64,000 nt of DNA from Pelagibacteraceae bacterium (GCA_022763425.1 JALEGD010000001.1:508572-572571), one strand, 5' to 3'; counted from the stretch's first letter, positions 33,979 through 44,471 are shown. Made by a program: numbers and translations. The notes: generated by a model not told the origin, from the sequence alone.

Positions 33979-34380
33979 TCAATTTTTTGCTTTAAATATT
34001 AACGCTTTCCCATTATTGCAATACCTTTTCCCTGTTGGCTCAGGACCATCATCAAATATATGCCCGTGATGACTATCACATGTAGAACAATGATACTCTG
34101 TTCTAGGATAGCCTATGTGGTGATCAACTTTAGTTTCAAAAACATTTGGTTCTGATTTAAAAAAAGATGGCCACCCACTTCCACTTTCATATTTTGACTC
34201 TGAGGTAAAAAGTTTTACTCCACATCCTGCGCAGTGATAAGATCCTTCTCTTTTTTCATTATTGAGCTCACTGGAATTTGGCATCTCGGTGCCTTCTTCT
34301 CTCATAATCATATACTGTTCAGCTTCTAGTTGTTTTTGCCATTCAACATTAGATTTTGTTAACTTTTTCTTATTAGTCAT
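33979..34380 (-). CDS. msrB: Peptide-methionine (R)-S-oxide reductase
   Basis: SelR domain with 'Y.CAGCG..LF', 'SGWPSF', 'C..C..HHGHIF.DGP' and 'RYCNNG'. Confidence 0.93.
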   Translation of the reverse strand: MTNKKKLTKSNVEWQKQLEAEQYMIMREEGTEMPNSSELNNEKREGSYHCAGCGVKLFTSESKYESGSGWPSFFKSEPNVFETKVDHHIGYPRTEYHCSTCDSHHGHIFDDGPEPTGKRYCNNGKALIFKAKN

Positions 34381-34466
34381 AGAGTTAAATTTCTTGTCGC
34401 ATTGTAAACATTGAACTTTTTCAATAAATCAACCTCAATTTTATCAAATATAGGAGAACCTTATCA

Positions 34467-37133
34467 ATGAAAAAAAGTTTAGATAGTTTTAAATCTCTAA
34501 AAAAATTGTCAGCTGGGTCAAAAGAGTACAATTATTTTGATTTAAAAGAAGCTGAAAAAAACGGATTAGATGGCGTTAATAAACTACCTAAATCATTAAT
34601 GGTTTTATTGGAAAACCTATTAAGAAAAGAAGATGGGGTTGCAGTAAAAAAAGAACAAATTATTGCAATTAAAGATTGGTTAAAAACAAAAAGATCAGAA
34701 ACTGAAATAGCATACACACCTGCACGAGTTTTGATGCAAGATTATACTGGTATTCCAGCCGTTGCAGATCTTGCTGCAATGAGAGATGCTGTGGCTGCAA
34801 AAAAAATGGATCCTTCAAAAATTAATCCATTGTCTAAGGTGGATTTAGTTATAGACCATTCAGTGATGGTGGATAATTATGCTGGAAAAGACTCTTTTAA
34901 AAAAAATGTTGAAGTAGAATTTTCACGAAATGGTGAAAGATATGAATTTTTAAAATGGGGACAAAAAGCTTTTGATAATTTTTCTGTAGTTCCTCCTGGA
35001 ACAGGAATTTGTCATCAAGTAAATTTAGAATATTTAGCTAAAGTAGTCTGGACTAGTGAAGTAGAAGGAGAAACTTATGCATATCCAGATACCCTGGTCG
35101 GAACAGATAGTCATACTACGATGGTAAATGGTTTAGCCGTTCTAGGATGGGGTGTAGGTGGAATTGAAGCCGAAGCAGCTATGTTAGGTCAGCCTATTTC
35201 TATGTTGATACCAGAAGTTATTGGTTTTGAGTTAACCGGTAAGTTAGTAGAAGGAATGACTGCCACAGACTTAGTTTTAACAATTGTAAAAATGTTAAGA
35301 GAAAAAGGTGTGGTTGGAAAATTTGTTGAATTTTATGGAAGTGGTTTGAAAAATTTAACTTTGGCGGATAGAGCAACAATTGCAAATATGGCACCAGAGT
35401 ATGGAGCTACTTGTGGTTTCTTCCCCATTGATGAAGAGACTTTGAAATATTTAGAGTTTTCAGGAAGAGACAAAGATACGATTGATCTCGTAGAAAAATA
35501 TGCAAAAGCCCAAGGAATGTGGGCAAGTGAAGGTATGGAATTTACTGATACTTTATCCTTAGATATGTCAAAAGTTGTTCCAAGCATTTCTGGACCAAAA
35601 AGACCTCAAGATAAAGTTGAACTTAATATTGCTGCTAAAGCTTTTAAAGAAAGTTTTAAAGAAAATACAAAAAGAAACAACTTTGAAGAAAATGAAGTTG
35701 CTGGTGAAAATTATAAATTGAAAGACGGAAATATTGTAATTGCAGCAATTACATCGTGTACAAACACTTCTAATCCTAGCGTTTTAATTGGTGCTGGTTT
35801 AGTTGCAAAGAAAGCAATTGAAAAAGGTTTAAAGGTAAAACCATGGGTAAAAACATCATTAGCTCCTGGTTCTCAAGTTGTAACAGATTATTTAGATAAG
35901 GCTGGCTTAACTCCTTATTTAGATGAGCTTGGATTTAATTTAGTAGGATATGGTTGTACTACATGTATTGGAAATTCTGGTCCTTTGGATGAAAAAATTT
36001 CAACATCTATCAGAGACAAAAATTTATATGCAGTGTCAGTACTTTCTGGAAATAGAAATTTTGAAGGAAGAATTAGTCCAGATGTAAAGGCGAACTACCT
36101 AGCATCACCTCCTTTAGTTGTGGCTTATGCAATTGCTGGATCTATGGATGTAGATTTATTTAATGATCCAATTGGTCAAGATAAAGATGGAAATAATGTT
36201 TTTATGAAAGATATTTGGCCATCAAATAAAGAAATTGAAGATTTAATTTTAAAGTCAATTAGTGCTGAAATGTTTAAATCTAGATATGCAAATGTTTCAG
36301 AAGGCCCTAAAGAATGGCAGGATATTACTGTTGCTGAGAGTGATATTTATAATTGGAACGACGGATCAACTTACGTGAAAAAACCACCTTTCTTTGAAAA
36401 TTTACCAGAAAAACCAGAGGGTTTTAAAGAAATTAAAGAGGCAAGACCGTTATTAATGTTAGCTGATACTGTAACAACAGATCACATTTCTCCAGCGGGT
36501 ACGATCCAAAAAGAGGGACCAACAGGATCTTATTTTATGGAAAGACAGGTTTTGCCAAAAGATTTTAATTCATATGGAACTCGTAGAGGAAACCATGAAG
36601 TTATGATGAGAGGTACGTTTGCAAATATTAGAATTAGAAATGAAATGGCGCCAGGCACTGAGGGCGGTTTTACAACATTGCATCCAGAAAATAAAATAAT
36701 GAGTGTTTATGATGCTTCTGTTGAGTATCAAAAAAGAGGTACACCTTTAGTAGTCATAGCTGGAAAAGAATACGGAACTGGCTCTTCAAGAGATTGGGCT
36801 GCAAAAGGGACAAAACTTTTAGGTATTAAAGCAGTATTAGCTGAAAGTTTTGAGAGAATTCATCGTTCAAATTTAGTTGGTATGGGAATACTTCCGTTAC
36901 AGTTTATAAACGGAATGGATAGAAAAAAATTAAATCTTAAAGGGTCAGAACTAATAACAATTATTGATATTGAAAAAGGTGTTAAACCTAGAGAAAACGT
37001 AAAAGTAGAAATTAAGTATGCTGATGGATCTTCGAAGATTATAGAAGCGTTATGTCGAATAGATACTGACAATGAAATTCTTTACTATGAAAATGGTGGA
37101 ATTCTTCAGTATGTTCTTCGAAATATGTTGTAG
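34467..37133 (+). CDS. acnA: Aconitate hydratase A
   Basis: 888-aa IRP/AcnA-type protein with 'GTDSHTTMVNG', Fe-S Cys blocks 'ITSCTNTSNP' and 'GYGCTTCIGNSG', plus 'GSSRDWAAKG'. Confidence 0.93.
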   Translation: MKKSLDSFKSLKKLSAGSKEYNYFDLKEAEKNGLDGVNKLPKSLMVLLENLLRKEDGVAVKKEQIIAIKDWLKTKRSETEIAYTPARVLMQDYTGIPAVADLAAMRDAVAAKKMDPSKINPLSKVDLVIDHSVMVDNYAGKDSFKKNVEVEFSRNGERYEFLKWGQKAFDNFSVVPPGTGICHQVNLEYLAKVVWTSEVEGETYAYPDTLVGTDSHTTMVNGLAVLGWGVGGIEAEAAMLGQPISMLIPEVIGFELTGKLVEGMTATDLVLTIVKMLREKGVVGKFVEFYGSGLKNLTLADRATIANMAPEYGATCGFFPIDEETLKYLEFSGRDKDTIDLVEKYAKAQGMWASEGMEFTDTLSLDMSKVVPSISGPKRPQDKVELNIAAKAFKESFKENTKRNNFEENEVAGENYKLKDGNIVIAAITSCTNTSNPSVLIGAGLVAKKAIEKGLKVKPWVKTSLAPGSQVVTDYLDKAGLTPYLDELGFNLVGYGCTTCIGNSGPLDEKISTSIRDKNLYAVSVLSGNRNFEGRISPDVKANYLASPPLVVAYAIAGSMDVDLFNDPIGQDKDGNNVFMKDIWPSNKEIEDLILKSISAEMFKSRYANVSEGPKEWQDITVAESDIYNWNDGSTYVKKPPFFENLPEKPEGFKEIKEARPLLMLADTVTTDHISPAGTIQKEGPTGSYFMERQVLPKDFNSYGTRRGNHEVMMRGTFANIRIRNEMAPGTEGGFTTLHPENKIMSVYDASVEYQKRGTPLVVIAGKEYGTGSSRDWAAKGTKLLGIKAVLAESFERIHRSNLVGMGILPLQFINGMDRKKLNLKGSELITIIDIEKGVKPRENVKVEIKYADGSSKIIEALCRIDTDNEILYYENGGILQYVLRNML

Positions 37134-37161
37134 TTTTTTTTCTAGGTATTAGTTTAATTTT

Positions 37162-39792
37162 ATGTCTTCTGATTTTAAAGAAATCACAATTTCTAATAAA
37201 AGTTTCAAGATTGCAGACATCTCATCATTAAATGGTATAAAAAAAATACCTTACTCTTATAGAATTCTTGCTGAAAATGTTCTGAGACAAAAAATTAATA
37301 AAGTAAATAATTTAGCAGATCAACAATTAGAATTTATTTTAAATTGTAAAGTTGGCACTCCAATAAACTTTATGCCAAATAGAATTTTAAGCCATGACAT
37401 TCTGGGAAAAGTAATGTTAGTTGATTTTCTCTCTTATAAAGAAGCTCTGGAAAAAAAAGGTATAGAGTCTAAAGCTATTCAACCTAAAATACCTATTGAT
37501 ATTGTGATTGACCATTCATTGCAGGTTGATTTTTTCGGAAGTAAAGATGCTGTAATTAAAAATCTTCAAAAAGAATATAATAGAAACTCTGAACGATTTG
37601 CATTCTTGAGATGGTGTTCAAAAAATTTGAACAACGTTAAAGTTATTCCTCCTGGAGTAGGGATTTGTCACCAAGTTAATATTGAATATTTGTCGAAAGT
37701 TGTGTGGAATAAAAATAGTATCTTGCATCCTGATACTTGTGTTGGAACTGATAGTCATACACCGATGGTAAATGCCATTGGAGTTTTAGGTTGGGGTGTT
37801 GGGGGAATTGAAGCTGAAGTTGCAATGCTTGGAAAAAGTTTATCAGTGGCTTTACCTGAGGTTATTGGAATTCATCTTACTAATAAATGTGTTGAAGGAA
37901 TTACATCAACAGATTTAGTGTTAACAATTACAGAGTTATTAAGAAAGCATAAAGTAGTTGGAAGTTTTGTGGAATTTTATGGAGATGGAGTGAGCTCATT
38001 ATCCGTTGGAGACCGAGCAACTATTTCAAATATGGCACCAGAATATGGCTCTACCGCAGTTTTATTTCCTGTTGATCAAATGACTCTTGATTATTTAGAG
38101 ATGACAGGGAGAGATAAAGATCAAATTAAAATTGTAGAAGAATATTCAAAAGCACAAAATTTATGGAGAGTAGATGGTGATGTTCCAAATTACTCAAGAA
38201 CTATAGAGTTAGATTTAAGTAAAGTTGTTCCGTGTGTTTCAGGTCCAAAAAATCCAGAAGATAGGTTAGATTTAAATAAATTTTCATCACTTATAAATAC
38301 TCATTCAAACAATCTTTACAGCAGAGACATTAGATCTGATGAGTTTAAGGTTGATGGGCAAGAGGCAAAAATTAAAGATGGAAATATCATGATTGCAGCT
38401 ATTACAAGCTGCACTAATACGACTAACCCAAAAGGAATGATTGCAGCAGGTTTAGTTGCAAAAAATTTAATTGAAAAAGGAATTCAAAGAAACGCAAATG
38501 TAAAAACATCTTTTGCACCAGGCAGCCAAGTAACTGGAACTATTTTAGAAGAATCTGGATTGCAAAAATATTTAGATCAACTTGGTTTTAACGTCATAGG
38601 ATTTGGTTGTACAACGTGCAATGGAGGATCAGGACCTTTACCTGCCAATTTAGCAAAATCAATTGAGGATAATAAAGTTTATTCAGTTGCAGTACTATCT
38701 GGAAATAGAAATTTTCAAGGAAGAATTCACCCTAATATCAGAGCATCTTATTTAGCCTCACCAGCGCTTGTCGTTTGTTTTTCAATTTTAGGAAATGTTT
38801 TAAAGTCATTTGATAAGGATCCACTTGGAAAAGATAAAAATGGAAATAATGTTTTTTTAAAAGATGTATGGCCAACTAATGAGGAAATAGAAGCTTGTGT
38901 TAAAAAAAGTTATAAGCCTGAGTTTTTTATATCTAAATATAATCATGTTGCTGAAGGTGGAGAACTTTGGGATGGATTAAATATTCCCAAAACAGTTACT
39001 TATGAATGGTCCGAAAAAAGCACTTATTTTAAAAAACCACCGTACTTAGACTCTGTTTCTGAAAATAAAACAATTGAATCTGGCATTAAGAATGTAAGAC
39101 CATTAGTGATTTTAGGTGACTCTATTACAACAGATCATATCTCACCTTCAAATGCAATTACTAGAGGAACTGCTGCTGGAGATTATTTAGAGTCTAAAGG
39201 TGTTAAACCAGAAGACTTTAATAATTATACTACAAGAAGAGCACACCATGAAGTCGCAATGAGAGCTACCTTTGCAAATTTAAGATTAAGAAACAAAATT
39301 ACACCTGATAAAGAAGGAAGCTTCACAAAAAAATTTCCGGAGGGAAAAGAATTAAGAATATTTGAGGCCGCAATGGAGTATAAAAAAGAAAATACAATAC
39401 TAGCAGTTTTTGCTGGAGAAAATTATGGATGCGGATCATCAAGAGATACAGCTGCAAAAGGACCTTTATTACTTGGAGTTAGAATTATTGTAGCAAAAAG
39501 TTTCGAGAGAATTCATAGGTCTAATTTAATTGGAATGGGTTTATTGCCTTTACAATTTAAAAACGGACAAGGCATAGAGGAACTAAATATTGAAGGAACA
39601 GATGTATTCGATTTTTTAAATTTAGATAAAATTAACAATGATAATAAAGAAGTTGATCTAAAGATAAAAAAACAGACAGGTGACATTATTTCAGCAAAAT
39701 TAGATGTTAGACTAGATACTCCAGAAGAAATTCAGTATTGGCAAAATGGAGGAATTTTACCTATGGCATGGAGAGAAGAAATTAGAAAGTAA
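37162..39792 (+). CDS. acnD: Aconitase-family Fe-S dehydratase paralog, probable 2-methylcitrate dehydratase AcnD
   Basis: 876-aa AcnA paralog ('GTDSHTPMVNA', 'ITSCTNTTNP', 'GFGCTTCNGGSG'). It lies immediately upstream of prpF, the diagnostic AcnD-PrpF pairing. Confidence 0.75.
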   Translation: MSSDFKEITISNKSFKIADISSLNGIKKIPYSYRILAENVLRQKINKVNNLADQQLEFILNCKVGTPINFMPNRILSHDILGKVMLVDFLSYKEALEKKGIESKAIQPKIPIDIVIDHSLQVDFFGSKDAVIKNLQKEYNRNSERFAFLRWCSKNLNNVKVIPPGVGICHQVNIEYLSKVVWNKNSILHPDTCVGTDSHTPMVNAIGVLGWGVGGIEAEVAMLGKSLSVALPEVIGIHLTNKCVEGITSTDLVLTITELLRKHKVVGSFVEFYGDGVSSLSVGDRATISNMAPEYGSTAVLFPVDQMTLDYLEMTGRDKDQIKIVEEYSKAQNLWRVDGDVPNYSRTIELDLSKVVPCVSGPKNPEDRLDLNKFSSLINTHSNNLYSRDIRSDEFKVDGQEAKIKDGNIMIAAITSCTNTTNPKGMIAAGLVAKNLIEKGIQRNANVKTSFAPGSQVTGTILEESGLQKYLDQLGFNVIGFGCTTCNGGSGPLPANLAKSIEDNKVYSVAVLSGNRNFQGRIHPNIRASYLASPALVVCFSILGNVLKSFDKDPLGKDKNGNNVFLKDVWPTNEEIEACVKKSYKPEFFISKYNHVAEGGELWDGLNIPKTVTYEWSEKSTYFKKPPYLDSVSENKTIESGIKNVRPLVILGDSITTDHISPSNAITRGTAAGDYLESKGVKPEDFNNYTTRRAHHEVAMRATFANLRLRNKITPDKEGSFTKKFPEGKELRIFEAAMEYKKENTILAVFAGENYGCGSSRDTAAKGPLLLGVRIIVAKSFERIHRSNLIGMGLLPLQFKNGQGIEELNIEGTDVFDFLNLDKINNDNKEVDLKIKKQTGDIISAKLDVRLDTPEEIQYWQNGGILPMAWREEIRK

Positions 39793-39793
39793 A

Positions 39794-40924
39794 ATGAAAG
39801 CTAGGTGGATTAATGCATCATATTATCGAGGCGGTACAAGCAAAGGTGTATTTTTTAGAGGACAAGACCTTCCAACAAGTAATCAAGAAGAATTAAATAA
39901 AATTTTTTTAGATATTACAGGTAGCCCAGATCCTAATGGTAGACAATTAAATGGAATGGGAGGCGGTGTATCTTCTCTTTCAAAATGTGTAATTGTTTCG
40001 CCATCCAAAAGAGAAGGAATAGATGTTGATTATACATTTATCCAAATTGCAGTTGATCAACCAATTGCTGATTGGTCAAATAATTGTGGAAACTTATCTT
40101 CTGCCGTTGGCCCGTTTGCAGTTAATGAAGGATTATTAAAAGTTAAAGATGGAGAAGCGACAATTAAAATTTATCAAGTAAATACTGATAAAGTTATTCA
40201 TTCTACTTTTGCTGTGAAAGATGGATTTGCAGATCCAGATGGAGATTATCAAATTGCTGGTGTATCCGGATCAGGTTCAAAAATAAGATTAGATTACTTA
40301 GATCCAGGTGGATCTGGTACTGGAAAACTTTTACCAACTGGAAATGTAATTGATGTGGTTGAGATTGATGGAAAAAAAATTAATATTAGTATTGTCGATG
40401 CTGCTACTCCTTTGGTTTATATTAAATCAGATGATATTAACTTAAAGTGTACAGAAAACCCTGATCAATTGGATACTAATTTGGATGCAATGAAAATCAT
40501 TCAGACAATTAGAAATAAAGCTGCAGTAATGATTGGTTTAGCTAGAAATGAAAATGAGGTTCCTTTAGGAACACCTAGAATTGGAATTGTATCTGAACCT
40601 CGTGATTATGTTGCATTAGATAAAAGCAAAATCTCAAAAGATAGTTACGATATTTGTACTAGAATGTTTTCAATGGGGAAAGCTCATAAAGCTATTATGG
40701 GAACGGCGGGCGTTAACATTGGAGTTGCTTGTGCAATTGATGGAACGTTGCCAAATCTTGTTAAAAGAAAAGACGCAAACATACTCGAAACAAGAGTAGG
40801 AAACCCTTCTGGAATAATAATATCAGGAGCTGTAGTTGAGAAAAAAGAAAATAAGTTTTTTGCTAAATCCGCTGTAATGTACAGAACAGCAAGACCTCTT
40901 ATGAAAGGCTCAGTTTTTATTTAG
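39794..40924 (+). CDS. prpF: PrpF-family 2-methylaconitate cis-trans isomerase
   Basis: N-terminal 'ASYYRGGTSKGVFF', 'NGMGGG.SS.SK' and 'NCGN.SSAVGPFA'. The ATG at 39794 is preferred because the track start at 39746 overlaps acnD. Confidence 0.85.
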   Translation: MKARWINASYYRGGTSKGVFFRGQDLPTSNQEELNKIFLDITGSPDPNGRQLNGMGGGVSSLSKCVIVSPSKREGIDVDYTFIQIAVDQPIADWSNNCGNLSSAVGPFAVNEGLLKVKDGEATIKIYQVNTDKVIHSTFAVKDGFADPDGDYQIAGVSGSGSKIRLDYLDPGGSGTGKLLPTGNVIDVVEIDGKKINISIVDAATPLVYIKSDDINLKCTENPDQLDTNLDAMKIIQTIRNKAAVMIGLARNENEVPLGTPRIGIVSEPRDYVALDKSKISKDSYDICTRMFSMGKAHKAIMGTAGVNIGVACAIDGTLPNLVKRKDANILETRVGNPSGIIISGAVVEKKENKFFAKSAVMYRTARPLMKGSVFI

Positions 40925-41360
40925 AGTTTTCAATTGGCTTTCCTTCAAGCCAAGCTTCTTCTTGATTGATGTAATGTTCCTTTTTCCAAATCGGTGTTCT
41001 TTTTTTTATCTCCTCAATAATAAATCTTGAAAAATCATATACCTGTTTTCTATGTTTGCAGGCTACAGCAATGATAATTGAAATTCCGCCAAGCGGAACA
41101 TAGCCTTTAGCATGCTCAACAAATGCTACAGGGTGTTGTAAATCTAATTTGTTAATTGCTTCATTATATATTTCTTCAAAACTTTTTTTTACCATTGCGT
41201 CATGAGAGTCATAGGTAATTCCCGTGACTTCTTTTTCATTGTTATGATCTCTAACTGTTCCAATAAAAAATAAAGATGCACCACATTTGTGAGACTCAAT
41301 AAATTTTTGAGCTTTATCTAAAGAGATATTCTTTATATCTACCACATCACAATGAAACAT
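40917..41360 (-). CDS. moaE: Molybdopterin synthase catalytic subunit
   Basis: 147 aa with 'GA...F.G.VRD.N' and 'PIWKKE' blocks. Its start codon overlaps the moaD stop codon by 1 nt (TAATG). Confidence 0.88.
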   Translation of the reverse strand: MFHCDVVDIKNISLDKAQKFIESHKCGASLFFIGTVRDHNNEKEVTGITYDSHDAMVKKSFEEIYNEAINKLDLQHPVAFVEHAKGYVPLGGISIIIAVACKHRKQVYDFSRFIIEEIKKRTPIWKKEHYINQEEAWLEGKPIENSK

Positions 41361-41632
41361 TACCCGCCTCCTATTGGTGGTATAATTGATACAGCATCAT
41401 TGTTATGTAATTTATATGCATCTTCAACAATTTCATCTTTTGAACTGAATGCAGATTTTTTTACCATTTCTAAGTAATTGTTATTTTCTGGAAATTTAGT
41501 TTTAACAATTTCGATCATTTGATCTCTCACATCTTTAATTTGTGAATTTTCATTTAATTCAAGATCGATATGATCTTTATCAGAAAGTTCTCTGCAAACT
41601 CCAAATAATTCTACTTTAATTTTCATAATCAA
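41360..41632 (-). CDS. moaD: Molybdopterin synthase sulfur-carrier subunit
   Basis: 90-aa ThiS/MoaD fold ending in '...IIPPIGGG' (C-terminal Gly-Gly). Confidence 0.85.
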   Translation of the reverse strand: MIMKIKVELFGVCRELSDKDHIDLELNENSQIKDVRDQMIEIVKTKFPENNNYLEMVKKSAFSSKDEIVEDAYKLHNNDAVSIIPPIGGG

Positions 41633-42785
41633 TTAATTTTACTAGATCACCTTTTTTAATTATTTTATTTTTTTGATCAAGTAATAACCAGCAGTTTGCT
41701 TTTACTAAACTATTAAGTTTGTAAGACTCTTGATCAGGAATAATTTTTACTCCTTTTTGATTAATAAATGCTCTTCGTAATTCAGTTAATTGAGGATTTT
41801 TTTTATAATTATGTAATAATTTTGAAGTTTTAAAATCAACTTTTTGGTTTTGCATAGAGAGTATCAAGGGTATGACCAAGAAGTGAAACCCAACAATTGT
41901 TGATATAGGATTTCCAGGTAAGCCAAAATAATATTTACTATCCTTGACTGCGAATAGGGTAGGTCTACCTGGCTGCATTCCAATTCTGTGAAATTGAATT
42001 TTATATTTTTGTTGTTTTAAAAATTTAGGAAAATAATCTTTATGACCAGCGGATACACCGCCTGTTGAAATGATAATTATATTTTTTAAATTTTTAATTT
42101 TAGAAAAAATACTATTTATTGCTTTTTGGTTATCTTTGACAATCCCAAGGTAAGTAAAGTTAAAGTTAAATTTTGATGAAAAGCTTTTAAAATATTCAGG
42201 TATAGAATTTATAACTCTTTCATTGTTTTCAATACGATCTGAAATTTCATCACCAGAGCTAAATAATACAACTTTTGGTGTTTCATAAGTTGTTATTATT
42301 TGGTTTCCTGATGATTTAATTAATAATTTTTTTGCTGGAGATAATTTTTCATTTTTTTTTATTAATATCTTGCCCTTTTTAAAGTCTGAACCTTCTAATC
42401 TAACATTTTGATATTTCCTTATTTTCGAAGGAATTTGAACCAATCCATCAATAACCTCAACTTGTTCATAAGGCAGCATACAATCAAAAGGGGCTATAAT
42501 TTTTCCACCTGTACTTATGCGGTAACAGGTATTTTTAACATATTGAATTGTTTTTTTTTCACCAACTGCAAGCTCTCCATTAATTTTAAAAAAACTATTT
42601 TTAACTGTGTCTGAAGATTTAAACGCAAATCCATCTAATAAACTATTATTATAAAAAGGGTTATTCCTCTTTGCTTTGATGTTTTCAGCCAAAACCTCAT
42701 TATTTAAATCTTTAGTGTATTTTTTTACTTTATTTTTTTTTGAAGTTTTAAGAACTTTTTGAAGAGCTTCTTTATACGAAGTCAT
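41616..42785 (-). CDS. moeA: Molybdopterin molybdenumtransferase
   Basis: 389 aa with MoeA domains: 'ISTGG....D', 'ISTGGVSAG.KDY' and 'GLPGNPIST'. Confidence 0.88.
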   Translation of the reverse strand: MTSYKEALQKVLKTSKKNKVKKYTKDLNNEVLAENIKAKRNNPFYNNSLLDGFAFKSSDTVKNSFFKINGELAVGEKKTIQYVKNTCYRISTGGKIIAPFDCMLPYEQVEVIDGLVQIPSKIRKYQNVRLEGSDFKKGKILIKKNEKLSPAKKLLIKSSGNQIITTYETPKVVLFSSGDEISDRIENNERVINSIPEYFKSFSSKFNFNFTYLGIVKDNQKAINSIFSKIKNLKNIIIISTGGVSAGHKDYFPKFLKQQKYKIQFHRIGMQPGRPTLFAVKDSKYYFGLPGNPISTIVGFHFLVIPLILSMQNQKVDFKTSKLLHNYKKNPQLTELRRAFINQKGVKIIPDQESYKLNSLVKANCWLLLDQKNKIIKKGDLVKLIDYEN

Positions 42786-42787
42786 GA

Positions 42788-43330
42788 TTATTTAAGGTGA
42801 GATAAAAATTCAGGAACACCATTTGGATTAATCCATAATCCACTCTTTCCACCTTGTTTAACCAAAAGCCGAGTTTGCTGTATCAATAAATCTGGATTAA
42901 CTATTTTACTTAAATCATAAATTGTTATTAAAGCAGCATTCACACCCATAATTGCTTCCATCTCAACACCGGTTTTTGCGTTTGCAGATACAAGACAATA
43001 AACATCCAAAGCAAAATTGTTTTCATCTAAGACAATTTTTGTTGAAGTATGATCTATCTGTAATGGATGACAAAGAGGAATAAGATCACTTGTTCTTTTT
43101 ACACCAAGAACAGCAGCAACTTCTGCAAGCGTTATTGGATCGCCTTTTGGCATTTCACGGTTTTTAATTAAATTGAAAACCTCTTTTCCAACTATAATTG
43201 AACCTGTAGCCAAAGCTCTTCTCAAAGTGATTTCCTTGTCAGAAACATCAATCATATTGAAAGACTTTTCCTGAAAGAGTTCTTTAGTCCAATCTTTAAG
43301 ATCTTCTTTTGTTACAATTTTAAGTTTCAA
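42788..43330 (-). CDS. moaC: Cyclic pyranopterin monophosphate synthase accessory protein
   Basis: Motifs 'MIDVSDKE.T.R.A', 'KGD....A..A...G.K.TS.LIPLCHP' and 'TGVEMEA'. Confidence 0.92.
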   Translation of the reverse strand: MKLKIVTKEDLKDWTKELFQEKSFNMIDVSDKEITLRRALATGSIIVGKEVFNLIKNREMPKGDPITLAEVAAVLGVKRTSDLIPLCHPLQIDHTSTKIVLDENNFALDVYCLVSANAKTGVEMEAIMGVNAALITIYDLSKIVNPDLLIQQTRLLVKQGGKSGLWINPNGVPEFLSHLK

Positions 43331-43331
43331 A

Positions 43332-44324
43332 TTATCCTCCTACTGACGCAAGGTGAGGAGTGATACCTGTATTTCCAAGTTCAAGGTAATGGGATTCTTT
43401 TTTAAATCTTAATTGAGTTAAAATTAGATCAACCAACTCATCTTTTTGTTTTGGATCTTGTAAATATTTTCTTAAATCAGTGCCAGTATTTCCAAATAAG
43501 CAAAGTCTCAACTCACCTTTGGCGGTAATTCTAAGTCTATTGCATGTTTTACAAAAATCTTTTGAATAAGGCGCAATAACACCAAATTGTCCTTTTGAAT
43601 TTACATTTTTATAATTTAAAGCAGGTCCATCATCTAATGCCCGGTCAACATTTTTCCAACCTTTAGTCTCAATATATTCTCTAAAGACTTTTGCGCTTTG
43701 ATGATATTTTTTGAAATAATCTAAGTTGTCACCAGTTTGCATAAGTTCAATATATCTAAAACTAATATCATTTTGATTTATAAATTCTGACCATGCATCA
43801 AATTCTTCTTGATTATCATTTATGTCTCTTAATAATACAGCGTTTACTTTGATGTTTTTAAATCCTTTATCTTGTAAAATTTTTATACCTTCTAAGATTT
43901 CTGGTAACCGGTCATGACCTGTAATTTCTTTGAATTTAGATCTATTCAAAGTATCAATGCTAATATTTATACCGTCTACGCCAGTATCAAGAAATTTATC
44001 TGTTAATTGATTGAGTTTATAACCATTAGTGGTAACAACTAATTTTTTTATTCCGCTTTTTGATTTAATTAATTTCATTACATCAAAAAAGTCTTTTCTT
44101 ACTGTTGGCTCTCCACCAGTAACTCTAATTTTTGATACACCAAGATCTGATAACCCGTTTACTAAGTTTTCAATTTCTGAAATATTTAAAAAGCCAGGAT
44201 GATTATTTGGTTTGAAATAACCATTTGGCAAACAATAACCGCACTTAAAATTACATACATCTGTGATGGACAATCTAATGTAAGGAAATGTGCGCCCAAA
44301 CGTATCTCTAAGTTTTTCCCCCAT
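43332..44324 (-). CDS. moaA: GTP 3',8-cyclase (radical SAM)
   Basis: Motifs 'LRLSITDVCNFKCGYCLP', 'VTGGEPT.R', the C-terminal second cluster 'C..CNRLR.TA.G.L..CLF', and a terminal GG. Confidence 0.94.
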   Translation of the reverse strand: MGEKLRDTFGRTFPYIRLSITDVCNFKCGYCLPNGYFKPNNHPGFLNISEIENLVNGLSDLGVSKIRVTGGEPTVRKDFFDVMKLIKSKSGIKKLVVTTNGYKLNQLTDKFLDTGVDGINISIDTLNRSKFKEITGHDRLPEILEGIKILQDKGFKNIKVNAVLLRDINDNQEEFDAWSEFINQNDISFRYIELMQTGDNLDYFKKYHQSAKVFREYIETKGWKNVDRALDDGPALNYKNVNSKGQFGVIAPYSKDFCKTCNRLRITAKGELRLCLFGNTGTDLRKYLQDPKQKDELVDLILTQLRFKKESHYLELGNTGITPHLASVGG

Positions 44325-44471
44325 GAGTTTAAAGTACTGTTTTTAGATAATAATTTAAAGCGTTTTTTCCCTATACTTTTTTACATACCGATGGTTGTAT
44401 TATTTAAATTTGGCTTGATTGAAAGGTAATAATTTATAATAATTATAAAATAATCGAATAAGGGGAAAACA

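Noticed and set aside
44325-44471. Possible Moco riboswitch in the 147-nt moaA/sorA divergent spacer.
   Set aside because: Reading the moaA leader on the minus strand, I could not find the GC-rich paired elements or conserved loops I associate with the Moco RNA motif. The spacer is almost pure AT. A cmscan with RF01055 would settle it.
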